Assembly: GCA_021786375.1 (NCBI GenBank)
Contig: JAJYNL010000084.1
Location: 2,022 to 66,021 of the forward strand
From: Actinomycetes bacterium
Lineage (GTDB): Bacteria; Actinomycetota; Acidimicrobiia; Acidimicrobiales; Acidimicrobiaceae
DNA: 64,000 bases
Reading direction: 5' to 3'
The translations under genes and the position numbers were made by a program. The notes below the pieces were generated by a model, which saw only the letters and a list, made by a program, of their open reading frames with translations, made no database searches and was not told where the DNA came from. This document shows, one piece after another, positions 17,968-27,334 of the stretch (position 1 is its first letter; each line of letters starts with the position of its first letter).

Positions 17968-19473
17968 GTGGTGACCCAAGAGTACCCCGACAAGCGCGTG
18001 AGCGAGGAGGTGGAGGACTTCGAGCCGGATTCGAAGTCCAAACCTTTTGGCGTCAGCCGACGCTACTGGGGCGATGCCCCGCCCAAGGCAGCACCGCTTC
18101 CGCACTGGACGGAGCCGCCCACCGGCGAGATCCCCAAGATCTACGCCCTGGGCGATGCGGATCGACGGGGCGCGCATCATCGTCCCCCGGAGGAAGTCGA
18201 CGAAGGTGCCATCAGCTTCCAGCGGGAGCGTCGCCGTCTCGAATATGACGACAGGGTGGGCACCGTCGACGCCGGCGAATCCGGCGGACGCCACTTTGCC
18301 CTAGACGAGGAGGAGCCCGAGCCCGAGGTGCGGGGCTTCAGCACCGAGGAGATGCCGGTGCCCTCCGAGCCGACCGGAAGCCTGAAGGTGATCTCCTCAC
18401 GCCCAGCGCCGCAGTCCCTGGGTCGTGGCGGCTCGCATCGGCTGTTCAAGTCCGGTGCTGACGCCGAGGAAGCGGGACCCGAGAAGGTGAATGACGTTGA
18501 GCTTGACATGCCTGAGCGAAGGCGCCCGACTCTGAAGCGCCGGCCTTCCCCTCGTGAGTCCGGCGCAGGGGACGAGCGTCCCCGGCGGGCATCACGCCGT
18601 GAGGCCGCAGCCAAGAGCGAGGGTGGCCGTTCGGGTGGCTCGGTCGCCATACGGTTTGTCACGGGTGTCGTCCTGGGACTAATCGTGATCGGAGCCTTCA
18701 TGGTTGGGCAGCCGGCCGTGTTGCTGCTCCTGGAGGTGGCACTGGTTTTGGCGGCCAGCGAGTTTTACCAGCTGGTCAAGCGGGAACATGCGGGGAGCCC
18801 TCGTGGGGGCTACCGGCCGGCGGTCGCCGTCGGCCTGATAGGCGTAATCGGCGCCGTTGCCGGTGGCTACCTCAAGGGTCCCAGTGCAATGGTCCTGGTG
18901 CTTACTTTCACCATCCTGGCGTCCTTCCTGTGGTACCTGCTGGGGGTTCTGAAGGCTCCCATGTTGCCCAATACCGCGGTGACGTTCATGGGCGTGGCTT
19001 GGATCGGCCTGGGTGGCTCCTACGTGGCGGCGATCATCCGTCCGGTCAGTGGGGATCCTCGACGCGGATTGGCCTACATGATGGCCGTTCTGATCACCGT
19101 CGTCGCCGGTGACGTCTTCGCCTACCTTGGTGGCACCGTGCTCGGGAAGCGCAAGCTTGCCCCGAGCGTGTCACCCGGGAAGACCGTCGAGGGGTTCGTT
19201 ATCGGCGCCGTTGGCGCGATTCTGGCCGGAGCGGTTATCGCCAGCCGAATCCACCCAGTGACGGTTAGCCTCGGTGCGGCCATAGGCATCCTTGCCGCCC
19301 TGGGCGGACCCTGCGGGGATCTCGTCGAATCCAAGATCAAGCGTGAGATCGGAGCCAAGGACGCTGGAAGCATCCTTCCCGGTCACGGAGGGTTCCTCGA
19401 TCGCGTGGATGCGCTTCTTTTTGTAACTCCGCTCGTCTATTACCTGCTTTATTTCACGCACCACATTGCCTGA
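17968..19473 (+). CDS. cdsA: phosphatidate cytidylyltransferase with a ~225-aa charged N-terminal extension
   Basis: The C-terminal ~275 aa are CdsA (GDVFAYLGGTVLGKRKLAPSVSPGKTVEG..., GDLVESKIKREIGAKDAGSILPGHGGFLDRVD). The N-terminal part is non-membrane, rich in Glu/Arg/Pro. A GGAGGA SD precedes the GTG. Confidence 0.85.
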   Translation: MVTQEYPDKRVSEEVEDFEPDSKSKPFGVSRRYWGDAPPKAAPLPHWTEPPTGEIPKIYALGDADRRGAHHRPPEEVDEGAISFQRERRRLEYDDRVGTVDAGESGGRHFALDEEEPEPEVRGFSTEEMPVPSEPTGSLKVISSRPAPQSLGRGGSHRLFKSGADAEEAGPEKVNDVELDMPERRRPTLKRRPSPRESGAGDERPRRASRREAAAKSEGGRSGGSVAIRFVTGVVLGLIVIGAFMVGQPAVLLLLEVALVLAASEFYQLVKREHAGSPRGGYRPAVAVGLIGVIGAVAGGYLKGPSAMVLVLTFTILASFLWYLLGVLKAPMLPNTAVTFMGVAWIGLGGSYVAAIIRPVSGDPRRGLAYMMAVLITVVAGDVFAYLGGTVLGKRKLAPSVSPGKTVEGFVIGAVGAILAGAVIASRIHPVTVSLGAAIGILAALGGPCGDLVESKIKREIGAKDAGSILPGHGGFLDRVDALLFVTPLVYYLLYFTHHIA

Positions 19474-19547
19474 TCCGCAGGTGGTGTAGCGCGCTGGCCA
19501 GGCTGCTGCCAGGGCGGCTGGTGGCTGGCGATAAGTTGGAGGGCGAG

Positions 19548-20720
19548 ATGGACGACGTGACAAGCGGCCCGCGCAGCCTTTCAATATTCGGATCGACAGG
19601 AAGCATCGGCCGGCAGGCCCTCGAGGTCGTGCGCGCCTCGGGCGAGCGCTTCAAGCTGCACGCCCTGAGTTCCAACTCGAGCCTGGACGCGCTAGCGAGC
19701 CAGGTCGCCGAGTTTCGCCCTGCCGTGGCAGTGGTCGGTACCCCCCAGATGGCCGCCGAGCTTTGCGAACGCTTTCCCTGGCTCAGCTGCCGAATCGGGC
19801 GCTCGGGCCTCTACGAAGCGGCGGGAGAGTCGGACATCGCACTCAACGCGGTAGTTGGCTTCTCCGGCCTGTCGGTGACCCTGGGCGCACTCGATGCGGG
19901 CAAGCGCCTGGCGCTGGCCAACAAGGAGTCCCTGGTGGCTGCAGGCCCGGTGGTCCAGGCTGCCTTAGAGGCCTCAAAGGGCGAGATCGTCCCGGTCGAC
20001 TCGGAGCACGCCGCCATTCACCAGTGCATGCGTGGCTACCCGCTGTCCGAAGTGGCCCGCCTACTCCTCACCTCCTCGGGCGGCCCATTCCGGGAGCGGT
20101 CGGAGGTGGATCTCCTCTCGGTGACCAAGGACGAAGCGTTGAAGCATCCGACCTGGTCCATGGGGCCCAAGATCACGATCGACTCATCGACTCTGATGAA
20201 CAAGGCTCTCGAGATCATTGAAGCGGTGGAGCTTTTCGGAGTCGATCCGGCCAAGGTTGAAGTGGTCGTCCATCCCGAGTCGATCGTCCATTCGATGGTT
20301 GAGTATGTCGACGGCGCGATCCTTGCCCAGCTCTCCAGACCCGACATGCGCCTGGCGATCGGTTATGCGCTCGGATACCCCGAGCGCATGCCAACCAAGT
20401 ACGGGGAGATGGATTTCACAACCAGGCTGACTCTCCACTTCGAGCCCCCGCGGCGGTCGGTCTTTAAGGGCATCGACCTGGCGTTCCATGCACTACGCGC
20501 AGGAAGCGGTGCGCCGGCCTGGCTGAATGCCGCCAACGAGGTCGCCGTGGATGCGTTCTTGGCGGGGCGGATCCGTTGGATTGAGATCTACCAGGTCATC
20601 GAAGGGGCCATGGAGCGCTTCGAGCCGACCCGTTTCAGCACCGCTGACGAAGTTATCGCCTTGGATCAAATTGCGCGGCTGCGTTGTTCAGAAGTAATCG
20701 GGAGGAGGGCGCCCGCCTGA
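19548..20720 (+). CDS. dxr: 1-deoxy-D-xylulose 5-phosphate reductoisomerase
   Basis: SIFGSTGSIGRQALEV, LANKESLV and VDSEHAAIHQC are present. The ATG at 19548 has a GGAGGG SD; the GTG at 19521 is an alternative. Confidence 0.93.
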   Translation: MDDVTSGPRSLSIFGSTGSIGRQALEVVRASGERFKLHALSSNSSLDALASQVAEFRPAVAVVGTPQMAAELCERFPWLSCRIGRSGLYEAAGESDIALNAVVGFSGLSVTLGALDAGKRLALANKESLVAAGPVVQAALEASKGEIVPVDSEHAAIHQCMRGYPLSEVARLLLTSSGGPFRERSEVDLLSVTKDEALKHPTWSMGPKITIDSSTLMNKALEIIEAVELFGVDPAKVEVVVHPESIVHSMVEYVDGAILAQLSRPDMRLAIGYALGYPERMPTKYGEMDFTTRLTLHFEPPRRSVFKGIDLAFHALRAGSGAPAWLNAANEVAVDAFLAGRIRWIEIYQVIEGAMERFEPTRFSTADEVIALDQIARLRCSEVIGRRAPA

Positions 20721-20736
20721 GGGGAGCGCGCCCTGC

Positions 20737-22071
20737 ATGACCATGGAGAGTCCGCTGGACGACAAAGGGACGACGGAATTGGAGGCTCGGGCCGGCAGCG
20801 GAACCGAACAGGTTACCGATCTTGCCCAGACCCGCGGGCAGCTTTGGCGTAACACGGCCAGAGCCGCCCTGCTGGTGGCGGTCGTTGCTGCTGCCTCCCT
20901 CTACCTGAATATCGGGAAGACCCTCTTGGTGGTGCTCGCCCTGGTCGTGATGATCATGGTTCACGAGTTCGGCCACTTCGCCGTGGCCAAATGGTCCAAG
21001 ATGAAGGTAACGGAGTTCTTTGTTGGGTTCGGGCCACGTATCTGGTCCTTTCGCCGGGGCGAGACGGAGTACGGCGTAAAGGCACTGCCCGCCGGGGGCT
21101 ACGTGAAGATCGTCGGAATGAGCAGCTTGGAGGAGCTGGCTCCTGAGGACGAGGCGCGCGCATACCGCAACTCGAGCTATCCCCGCCGCCTGGCCGTCTC
21201 GGCAGCGGGATCGTTCATGCATTTCGTAATGGCCTATCTGATCCTGGTGATCCTGTTCTCGGTGGTGGGTGTGGCCGATTCCACCAGGGCCCAGGTCGTT
21301 GCGCTATCGAAGTTCCCCGGGGTGACCTCGCCGGCGCAGGCCGCCGGGCTGAAGCCGGGCGACATCATCTACGCCGTCAACGGAGTGCGCCTGCGAAGCG
21401 TTAATACGCTGATTACCAAGATCGAGGCATCCGCGGACAAGGCCGTGGAGCTGGGGGTGCAGAGGAACGGACGAGAGCTGCAGCTGCGGGTGATCCCGGC
21501 CAAGGCCTCCTCGCTCAACCATTCGCTTACCGGGGCAGCCGCAAGCAAGGGGCTTATCGGGGTCGAGCTGGGGGAGCCGCTCGTCAAAGCCGGCATACTT
21601 TCCAGCCTCTGGAAGCCCTTCTCGGTGATCGGCCAGTACACATACGCAACGGTGGGGGCGCTGGTCCAGCACTTCTCCCCGAGCGGGATTTCCAAGTACG
21701 TCCACGCGCTGCAGCACCCGGCCAGCACCACCAGCGGCGCCGGTGCCGCAACCCGGTTCGAGTCGCCGGTGGGAATAGTGCGCCTGGCTAGCCAGGCCGC
21801 AAATGTGGGACTGGGCGCCGTCCTGACCCTGCTGTTTTCCATAAACATTTTCATCGGAGTCTTCAACATGGTCCCGCTGCTCCCGCTGGACGGCGGCCAT
21901 GTGCTCATCGCCACCTATGAGCGGATTCGCTCGCGCAAGGGGAGGCGGTACCACGCTGACATGGCCAAGTTGATCCCCGTTACCTACGCGGTGCTGGTGG
22001 TCATACTCCTGCTCGGGGTGACCGCGCTGTACCTGGACCTCACGCACCCGTTGGCGAACCCCTTCGGATAG
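20737..22071 (+). CDS. rseP: M50 site-2 (RIP) metalloprotease, RseP/Rip1-like, with PDZ domain
   Basis: HEFGHFAVAK is the HExxH motif. A PDZ-like segment is GLKPGDIIYAVNG. The C-terminal motif is NMVPLLPLDGGHV. Confidence 0.88.
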   Translation: MTMESPLDDKGTTELEARAGSGTEQVTDLAQTRGQLWRNTARAALLVAVVAAASLYLNIGKTLLVVLALVVMIMVHEFGHFAVAKWSKMKVTEFFVGFGPRIWSFRRGETEYGVKALPAGGYVKIVGMSSLEELAPEDEARAYRNSSYPRRLAVSAAGSFMHFVMAYLILVILFSVVGVADSTRAQVVALSKFPGVTSPAQAAGLKPGDIIYAVNGVRLRSVNTLITKIEASADKAVELGVQRNGRELQLRVIPAKASSLNHSLTGAAASKGLIGVELGEPLVKAGILSSLWKPFSVIGQYTYATVGALVQHFSPSGISKYVHALQHPASTTSGAGAATRFESPVGIVRLASQAANVGLGAVLTLLFSINIFIGVFNMVPLLPLDGGHVLIATYERIRSRKGRRYHADMAKLIPVTYAVLVVILLLGVTALYLDLTHPLANPFG

Positions 22072-22111
22072 GAATCTGCGGGCAATTGCCCGCAAAGAGG
22101 AGTGATGCAAA

Positions 22112-23359
22112 TTGGCAAGGACCAACACCTTCACCGAACCACGCAGGCGTACTCGCCGGATTCACGTGGGAAAGGTGGCGGTGGGGGGCGGGGCACCCGT
22201 CACAGTGCAGTCCATGACCACCACCAAGACAGCCGATTCGGAGGCTACTCTGGCGCAGATCTACCAGCTTGCCGGAGCGGGCTGTGACATCGTGCGCTGC
22301 ACCTGCAACGAGGAGGAGGCGGCAGAGGGATTGGCGCGCATCGTGCCGCGTTCCCCACTCCCCATCGTCGCCGACATTCACTTCCACGTGGAGATGGCCC
22401 TGGCGGCTCTGGAAGCCGGAGTGGCCGGCCTGCGATTGAATCCCGGCAACCTGCGCAAGCCCGAGGAGATCAAGCTGGTCGCCCGCGAGGCCAAGGACAG
22501 GGGGGTCCCGATACGCATTGGGGTTAATGCCGGCTCGCTCCACCCCGACCTGTACAAGAAGTACAACGGAGCGACGCCGGAGGCTCTGGTCGAGTCGGCC
22601 CTGAACGAGTTGGCGCTTTTTCGGGAGGTCGATTTCGAGGACGTGAAGATCTCCGTCAAGGCATCCAACGTTCCGCTTATGGTCGAGGCCTATCGCATGC
22701 TTTCGGAGGCGGTCGACCATCCGCTGCATCTCGGAGTCACCGAGGCGGGGCCGCCGCCGGCCGGGCTGATCAAGGCGACCGCAGGCATCGCCACCTTGCT
22801 CGCCGAAGGTATCGGCGACACCATCCGCTACTCGCTCACTGCTGATCCGGTGGAGGAGGTCAAAGCCGGGCGTACGCTTCTGGAAGCCCTGGGCTTGCGC
22901 GAGCGCCGCGGCCTGGATCTGATCGCCTGCCCCAGCTGCGGGCGGGCCGAGATCGACGTCATCAAGGTTGCCGGGGAGGCCCAGGAGGCTCTGGAGCGGC
23001 TTCACCTGCCCCTGCAGGTGGCCGTGATGGGCTGCGTGGTCAACGGTCCGGGAGAAGCCCGTGAGGCCGACCTGGGAATTGCCGCGGGAAGGCACAAGGG
23101 GCACCTTTTCATCAAGGGCAAGATCGTGCGCGTGGTGCCCGAGGAACGAATGGTCGAAGAGCTGGTGGCCGAGGCCCAGCGCCTGGCGGCCGAAGGGGTG
23201 GAGGCGCGCCTGGCGGCCGCGGACCCTGGCGCACAGTCCGAGGCGGACGCGGACCGCAATGCGCTCTTCCAGCTGCGAGGAATCGACGCGAATAGGTCCG
23301 AGGAGAAGATCGCCAGGATTCGCCGCCGGGTGGGCGAGGAGGGCGAGACCCAGGGCTGA
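22112..23359 (+). CDS. ispG: 4-hydroxy-3-methylbut-2-en-1-yl diphosphate synthase
   Basis: RRRTRRIHVGKVAVGGGAPVTVQSMTTT, ACPSCGRAE and VMGCVVNGPGE are present. The start is TTG. Confidence 0.95.
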   Translation: MARTNTFTEPRRRTRRIHVGKVAVGGGAPVTVQSMTTTKTADSEATLAQIYQLAGAGCDIVRCTCNEEEAAEGLARIVPRSPLPIVADIHFHVEMALAALEAGVAGLRLNPGNLRKPEEIKLVAREAKDRGVPIRIGVNAGSLHPDLYKKYNGATPEALVESALNELALFREVDFEDVKISVKASNVPLMVEAYRMLSEAVDHPLHLGVTEAGPPPAGLIKATAGIATLLAEGIGDTIRYSLTADPVEEVKAGRTLLEALGLRERRGLDLIACPSCGRAEIDVIKVAGEAQEALERLHLPLQVAVMGCVVNGPGEAREADLGIAAGRHKGHLFIKGKIVRVVPEERMVEELVAEAQRLAAEGVEARLAAADPGAQSEADADRNALFQLRGIDANRSEEKIARIRRRVGEEGETQG

Positions 23360-23400
23360 GCAGGGCGAGGAGCAAATGGGCGGGCAAGTACGCTTTAGGC

Positions 23401-25122
23401 ATGCGAATGACCCGCCTAGTTGCAAAGACCCTGCGTGAGGCCCCCGCGGATGCGGAAGCCGTCTCGCATCGCCTGCTGGTGCGCGCCGGATACATCCGCC
23501 GCATCTCCTCCGGGGTTTACAGCTACCTGCCACTCGGATTTAGGGTTTTGCGCAAGATCGAGTCCATTGTCCGGGAGGAATTCGACGCGGCAGGAGCGCA
23601 AGAGCTGCTGCTTCCTGCCCTGCAGCCGATCGAGCTGTGGGTGGAGACCGGTCGAACCAAGACAATGGACGACGTGTTGATGCGCCTGGAGGTGCGAGGA
23701 GCGGACTTCGTGCTCGGCCCCACTCACGAAGAGGCGGTGATCGCCACGGTCGCGCAGGATATCGCCTCCTACCGGGACCTGCCTGCCACGGTCTACCAGA
23801 TCCAGACCAAGTTCCGGGCCGAGGCGCGCCCGCGCTTCGGGCTGCTAAGGACGCGCGAGTTCATCATGGCCGACGCTTACTCCTTCGATGTGGACCAAGA
23901 GGGCATGCGTGCCTCATACAGGGCCATCTTCGACGCCTACTGTCGCGCCTTCGACAGGCTGGGAATCACCTACTATCCCGTGGAGGCCGATGCCGGTAGC
24001 ATTGGCGGCGACGTCAACCACGAATTCATGGTCCCTGCCGCCATCGGAGAGGACCACTTCGCCCTTTGCGCCAGCTGCGGCTACAAGGCCAACATCGAGG
24101 CGGCGAGGCGGGCCGCACCCGAGGCGGAGGGCTCCGTGGCGGTTCCGGAGATGACGGAGATCTCCACTCCGGGCGCCACAACCATCGACTCCGCCGTGGC
24201 GATGATCTCCAAAGCCGGGCATCCGATGACCTCGGCGGACATGCTGAAGACCTTTGTGGCCAGCGACGACCAGGGGCGCCTGGCCCTCTTCCTGGTCCCA
24301 GGGGATCGCCAGGTGCGCCTGCCCCATGGTTACAGCCCCCTCGATGGCGACATCTTCGCCGAGCACCCGTTTCTTCATCGCGGATACGTGGCGCCGATGG
24401 GGATGCAGGCCCGCAAGCTGAAAGTATTTGCGGATCATTCCATCAAGGTCCCGCGTGGGTGGACTACAGGTGCCAACCGCCCCGACACGCATGTGATGAA
24501 TGCGCTGATTGGGCGGGATTTCGAAGTGGATGGGTTCGGGGACCTGGTGGTGGTGGAGGATGGGGATGCTTGCCCGCAATGCGGCGAGCCGCTCAGCCTG
24601 GTGCGATCGGTCGAGGCCGGCCACACCTTCCAGCTAGGGCTCACTTATCCCGAGAAGATACCGTCGGCCAGGTTCTCCGCGGAGGACGGCAGCGAGGCGA
24701 TGTACTTCATGGGCTGCTACGGAATCGGAGTGTCACGGCTGCCGGCGGTGGTCGCGGAGGTCACAAGCGACGACCAAGGGCTCAACTGGCCTATATCGGT
24801 GGCCCCGTTTCAGGTGCACCTGGTAGCGATATCGCATCGGCGGGATCCCGAGGTTGCCAGAGTGGCCGAGGAGCTTTACAGCTCCCTCGGGGCAGCGGGA
24901 ATCGAGGTGCTCTTCGACGACCGCGATCTTGCCCCGGGTGTGAAGCTGAATGACGCAGACCTCATCGGCGTCCCGGTGCAGCTGCTGATCGGACCCAAGG
25001 GGATCGCGTCCGGGGTGGTCGAGCTCAAGCGCCGTGACGACCGCATCCGCCGCGAAGTGGCGGTAGAGGAAGCGCAATCAGCCACAATATCCCTGGTGGC
25101 GGAGCTCTTGGCAGAGCTTTGA
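23401..25122 (+). CDS. proS: proline--tRNA ligase (bacterial type with editing insertion)
   Basis: EAVSHRLLVRAGYIRRISSGVYSYLPLG, FRAEARPRFGLLRTREFIMADAYSF and GCYGIGVSRL are present. Confidence 0.95.
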   Translation: MRMTRLVAKTLREAPADAEAVSHRLLVRAGYIRRISSGVYSYLPLGFRVLRKIESIVREEFDAAGAQELLLPALQPIELWVETGRTKTMDDVLMRLEVRGADFVLGPTHEEAVIATVAQDIASYRDLPATVYQIQTKFRAEARPRFGLLRTREFIMADAYSFDVDQEGMRASYRAIFDAYCRAFDRLGITYYPVEADAGSIGGDVNHEFMVPAAIGEDHFALCASCGYKANIEAARRAAPEAEGSVAVPEMTEISTPGATTIDSAVAMISKAGHPMTSADMLKTFVASDDQGRLALFLVPGDRQVRLPHGYSPLDGDIFAEHPFLHRGYVAPMGMQARKLKVFADHSIKVPRGWTTGANRPDTHVMNALIGRDFEVDGFGDLVVVEDGDACPQCGEPLSLVRSVEAGHTFQLGLTYPEKIPSARFSAEDGSEAMYFMGCYGIGVSRLPAVVAEVTSDDQGLNWPISVAPFQVHLVAISHRRDPEVARVAEELYSSLGAAGIEVLFDDRDLAPGVKLNDADLIGVPVQLLIGPKGIASGVVELKRRDDRIRREVAVEEAQSATISLVAELLAEL

Positions 25123-25187
25123 ATTGGGGCCGGTTGCCCCTCACGGCGGCCGGCAAGGTCCGACTAAGCTGTTGGGGCAAGTGTTTC

Positions 25188-25214
25188 CAAGCGTGGGCCG
25201 TGAGCCCACGCTTG
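25188..25214 (+). terminator. 11-bp perfect hairpin CAAGCGTGGGC-cgtga-GCCCACGCTTG (candidate terminator or leader structure, no U-tract)
   Basis: Read directly in the 138-nt proS-rimP spacer. Confidence 0.35.
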
Positions 25215-25260
25215 TGCGTCTACAGGGCTTTGTCCCTACGGAGGAGAGGAGGGAAGAGTC

Positions 25261-25791
25261 ATGGTACAGACCAGCCGGGCCCGAGCGGTATTAGCCGAAC
25301 AGCTCTTCTCCCTCTTTGCCCCGATGGCCCAGGAGAAGGCGCTCGAGGTGCTTGACGTCGAGTGCACCGGGGATGCCATCCGGGTTACTCTCGATGATCC
25401 CCGCGGCCCGCTTGACTCGGCGCTTCTGGACGAGTTGACCCCGGTCATCTCCGCCGCTCTGGATGGCGTTGCTGAAGTGGATGCCGCCTACCCGCGAAGC
25501 TACCTGCTCGAGGTTTCGACACCCGGTATCGAGAGGCTGTTGCGCACCCGCGCCCACTTCCAGCGCTTCGTGGGATCCAAGGTTGCCGTCAAACTCAAGG
25601 CGGGGATCGACGGGGAGCGCCGACTGCACGGGCGGATTTACGCAGTAGATGACGATGGCGTCGAGGTAGAGCTCGACTCCGGCGGCAAGAGGTCGGTGAC
25701 GTTCGACGAGGTCGAGCGCGCACGGACCGTTTTCGAGTGGCCTGCGCAGCCCAAAAAGAGCCTCGGGGCCAAGGGCAGCGCCAAAAAGTAG
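25261..25791 (+). CDS. rimP: ribosome maturation factor RimP
   Basis: LEVSTPGIERLLRTRAHFQRFVGSKVAV is present. The gene sits immediately upstream of nusA. Confidence 0.9.
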   Translation: MVQTSRARAVLAEQLFSLFAPMAQEKALEVLDVECTGDAIRVTLDDPRGPLDSALLDELTPVISAALDGVAEVDAAYPRSYLLEVSTPGIERLLRTRAHFQRFVGSKVAVKLKAGIDGERRLHGRIYAVDDDGVEVELDSGGKRSVTFDEVERARTVFEWPAQPKKSLGAKGSAKK

Positions 25792-25838
25792 TGTTGTAGC
25801 CTGGATAGTGCAGCGCAAGCGGAAGGTGGTCGATCAAA

Positions 25839-26936
25839 GTGGCAAGGCTCGGTGGAGATTTTATGGAGCCCTTGCAAGCGATTGCGAGGGAGAAGGGGGT
25901 CTCGGTTGACACCCTGCTCGAATCGCTTGCCAATGCGCTTCTTGCCGCCTACAAGCGCCGCCCGGACTCCGCGGAGGAGGCCGAGGTAACGATCGACCCT
26001 GAATCGGGCGAGATCCAGGTTTGGGCTCAGGAGCTGGATGAGGACGGCAATGTCGTCCGGGAGTGGGATGACACCCCTACCGACTTCGGCCGCATCGCTG
26101 CCCAGACGGCCAAGCAGGTGATGTTCCAGCGGATTCGCGATGCGGAGCGCGACTTGAAGTACGAGGAGTACGCAGGGCGCGAGGGTGATGTGGTGACAGG
26201 CATCGTCCAGCAGGCGGATGCCCGCTTCACCTTGCTCAACCTTGGAAGGGTGGAGGCGCTGCTGCCCCCGCAGGAGCAACTGCCCAATGAACGTTACGGG
26301 AATGGGGCGCGGGTAAAGGCCTACATCGTCGAGGTCCGGCGTACCAACAAGGGACCGCAGATCGTGGTGTCGCGGGCGCATCCGGGCCTCATGAAGAAGC
26401 TCTTTGAGCTGGAGGTGCCCGAGATCGCCTCGGGCGTGGTCGAGATCAAGGCCATTGCCCGCGAGCCGGGTATCCGCTCCAAGATCGCGGTCGCCTCAAA
26501 CGACCCGAACGTGGATCCGGTTGGCGCTTGCGTTGGCCCGCGCGGTGCGCGCGTGCGCATGGTGATGGCGGAACTCAAGGGCGAGCGGATCGATATCATC
26601 GAGTTCTCGGAGGATCCGTCTGAGTTCGTGGCCCGAGCCTTGCAGCCCGCTCACGTGCGGGATGTGGTACTCGACGAGGATACCGGCACCGCACTGGTCG
26701 TCGTCGACTACCAGGAGCAGCCTCTTGCCATCGGCAAGGAGGGCCTCAATGCCAAGCTGGCCGCGCGTCTGACCGGATGGCGGATCGACATCCGCTCCGA
26801 GGAGGAGCTCGCCTACGAAAGCGAAGTCGCCAGCCAGCCAGAGGGCGTCGTCCCCGAGGCCGAGGAGTCCAACGAAGCCGAAGTGGCCGAAGTGGCCGAA
26901 GTGGCCGAAGTGGCCAAGGAGGAGGGCGAGGCCTGA
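25839..26936 (+). CDS. nusA: transcription termination/antitermination factor NusA
   Basis: The N-terminal domain (LQAIAREKGVSVDTLLESLANALLAAYKR), S1 (GDVVTGIVQQ) and KH (GACVGPRGARV, AIGKEGLNAKLAARLTGWRIDI) domains are present. The start is GTG 25839 or ATG 25863. Confidence 0.95.
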   Translation: MARLGGDFMEPLQAIAREKGVSVDTLLESLANALLAAYKRRPDSAEEAEVTIDPESGEIQVWAQELDEDGNVVREWDDTPTDFGRIAAQTAKQVMFQRIRDAERDLKYEEYAGREGDVVTGIVQQADARFTLLNLGRVEALLPPQEQLPNERYGNGARVKAYIVEVRRTNKGPQIVVSRAHPGLMKKLFELEVPEIASGVVEIKAIAREPGIRSKIAVASNDPNVDPVGACVGPRGARVRMVMAELKGERIDIIEFSEDPSEFVARALQPAHVRDVVLDEDTGTALVVVDYQEQPLAIGKEGLNAKLAARLTGWRIDIRSEEELAYESEVASQPEGVVPEAEESNEAEVAEVAEVAEVAKEEGEA

Positions 26937-27175
26937 GCCGCCGCATTGCCGAGGGCGGTTCGGTCAGAACCTGCGTCGTATGCCGGGACCGTGCGGCTCC
27001 GGCGGAGATGGTGCGCTTGCGCTTCGACGGCCCGGTGCTGAGTGCATCGGCGCGTAATGGCCGGGGTTACTGGGTGCATCGCGATTCCCCGGAATGCCTG
27101 GATCCTGCGGCCATAGCCAAGGCGGTGTCATTCCGCCGGCGAAAAGTGGTGCCCGAGATGGTTCAGCTTCCGTAG
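26777..27175 (+). CDS. ylxR: YlxR/DUF448 family RNA-binding protein (start unresolved)
   Basis: The conserved core RTCVVCRDRAAPAEMVRLRF...GRGYWVH starts near 26960. The only in-frame ATG/GTG/TTG upstream of the core is the ATG at 26777, 160 nt inside nusA. Otherwise a CTG (26933) or ATT (26945) start is needed. Confidence 0.55.
   Translation: MADRHPLRGGARLRKRSRQPARGRRPRGRGVQRSRSGRSGRSGRSGQGGGRGLSRRIAEGGSVRTCVVCRDRAAPAEMVRLRFDGPVLSASARNGRGYWVHRDSPECLDPAAIAKAVSFRRRKVVPEMVQLP
26880..26915 (+). repeat. 4 perfect tandem copies of the 9-bp unit gaagtggcc inside the nusA 3' end
   Basis: Read directly. It encodes (AEV)n in the nusA frame and (SGR)n in the ylxR frame. Confidence 0.9.
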
Positions 27176-27334
27176 AGGGGTCCTGGAACTTGGGCTGAAC
27201 AGCAAACCATGTAGGATGTTAGATGCGGATTCCCGCCCGCAAACTCCGCAGGATCGCCAACAGGCGGCTGGAAGTGTGCGCGGCGGCATTTTGTCAGTCA
27301 TAGAACAGTGTTTTTGAGAGGGCAGAAGTAGCAG

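Noticed and set aside
22040-23533. 497-aa ORF antisense to ispG
   Set aside because: It is fully contained opposite a gene with clear IspG motifs, its composition is Arg/Gly/Leu/Pro-rich, and I recognise no family.
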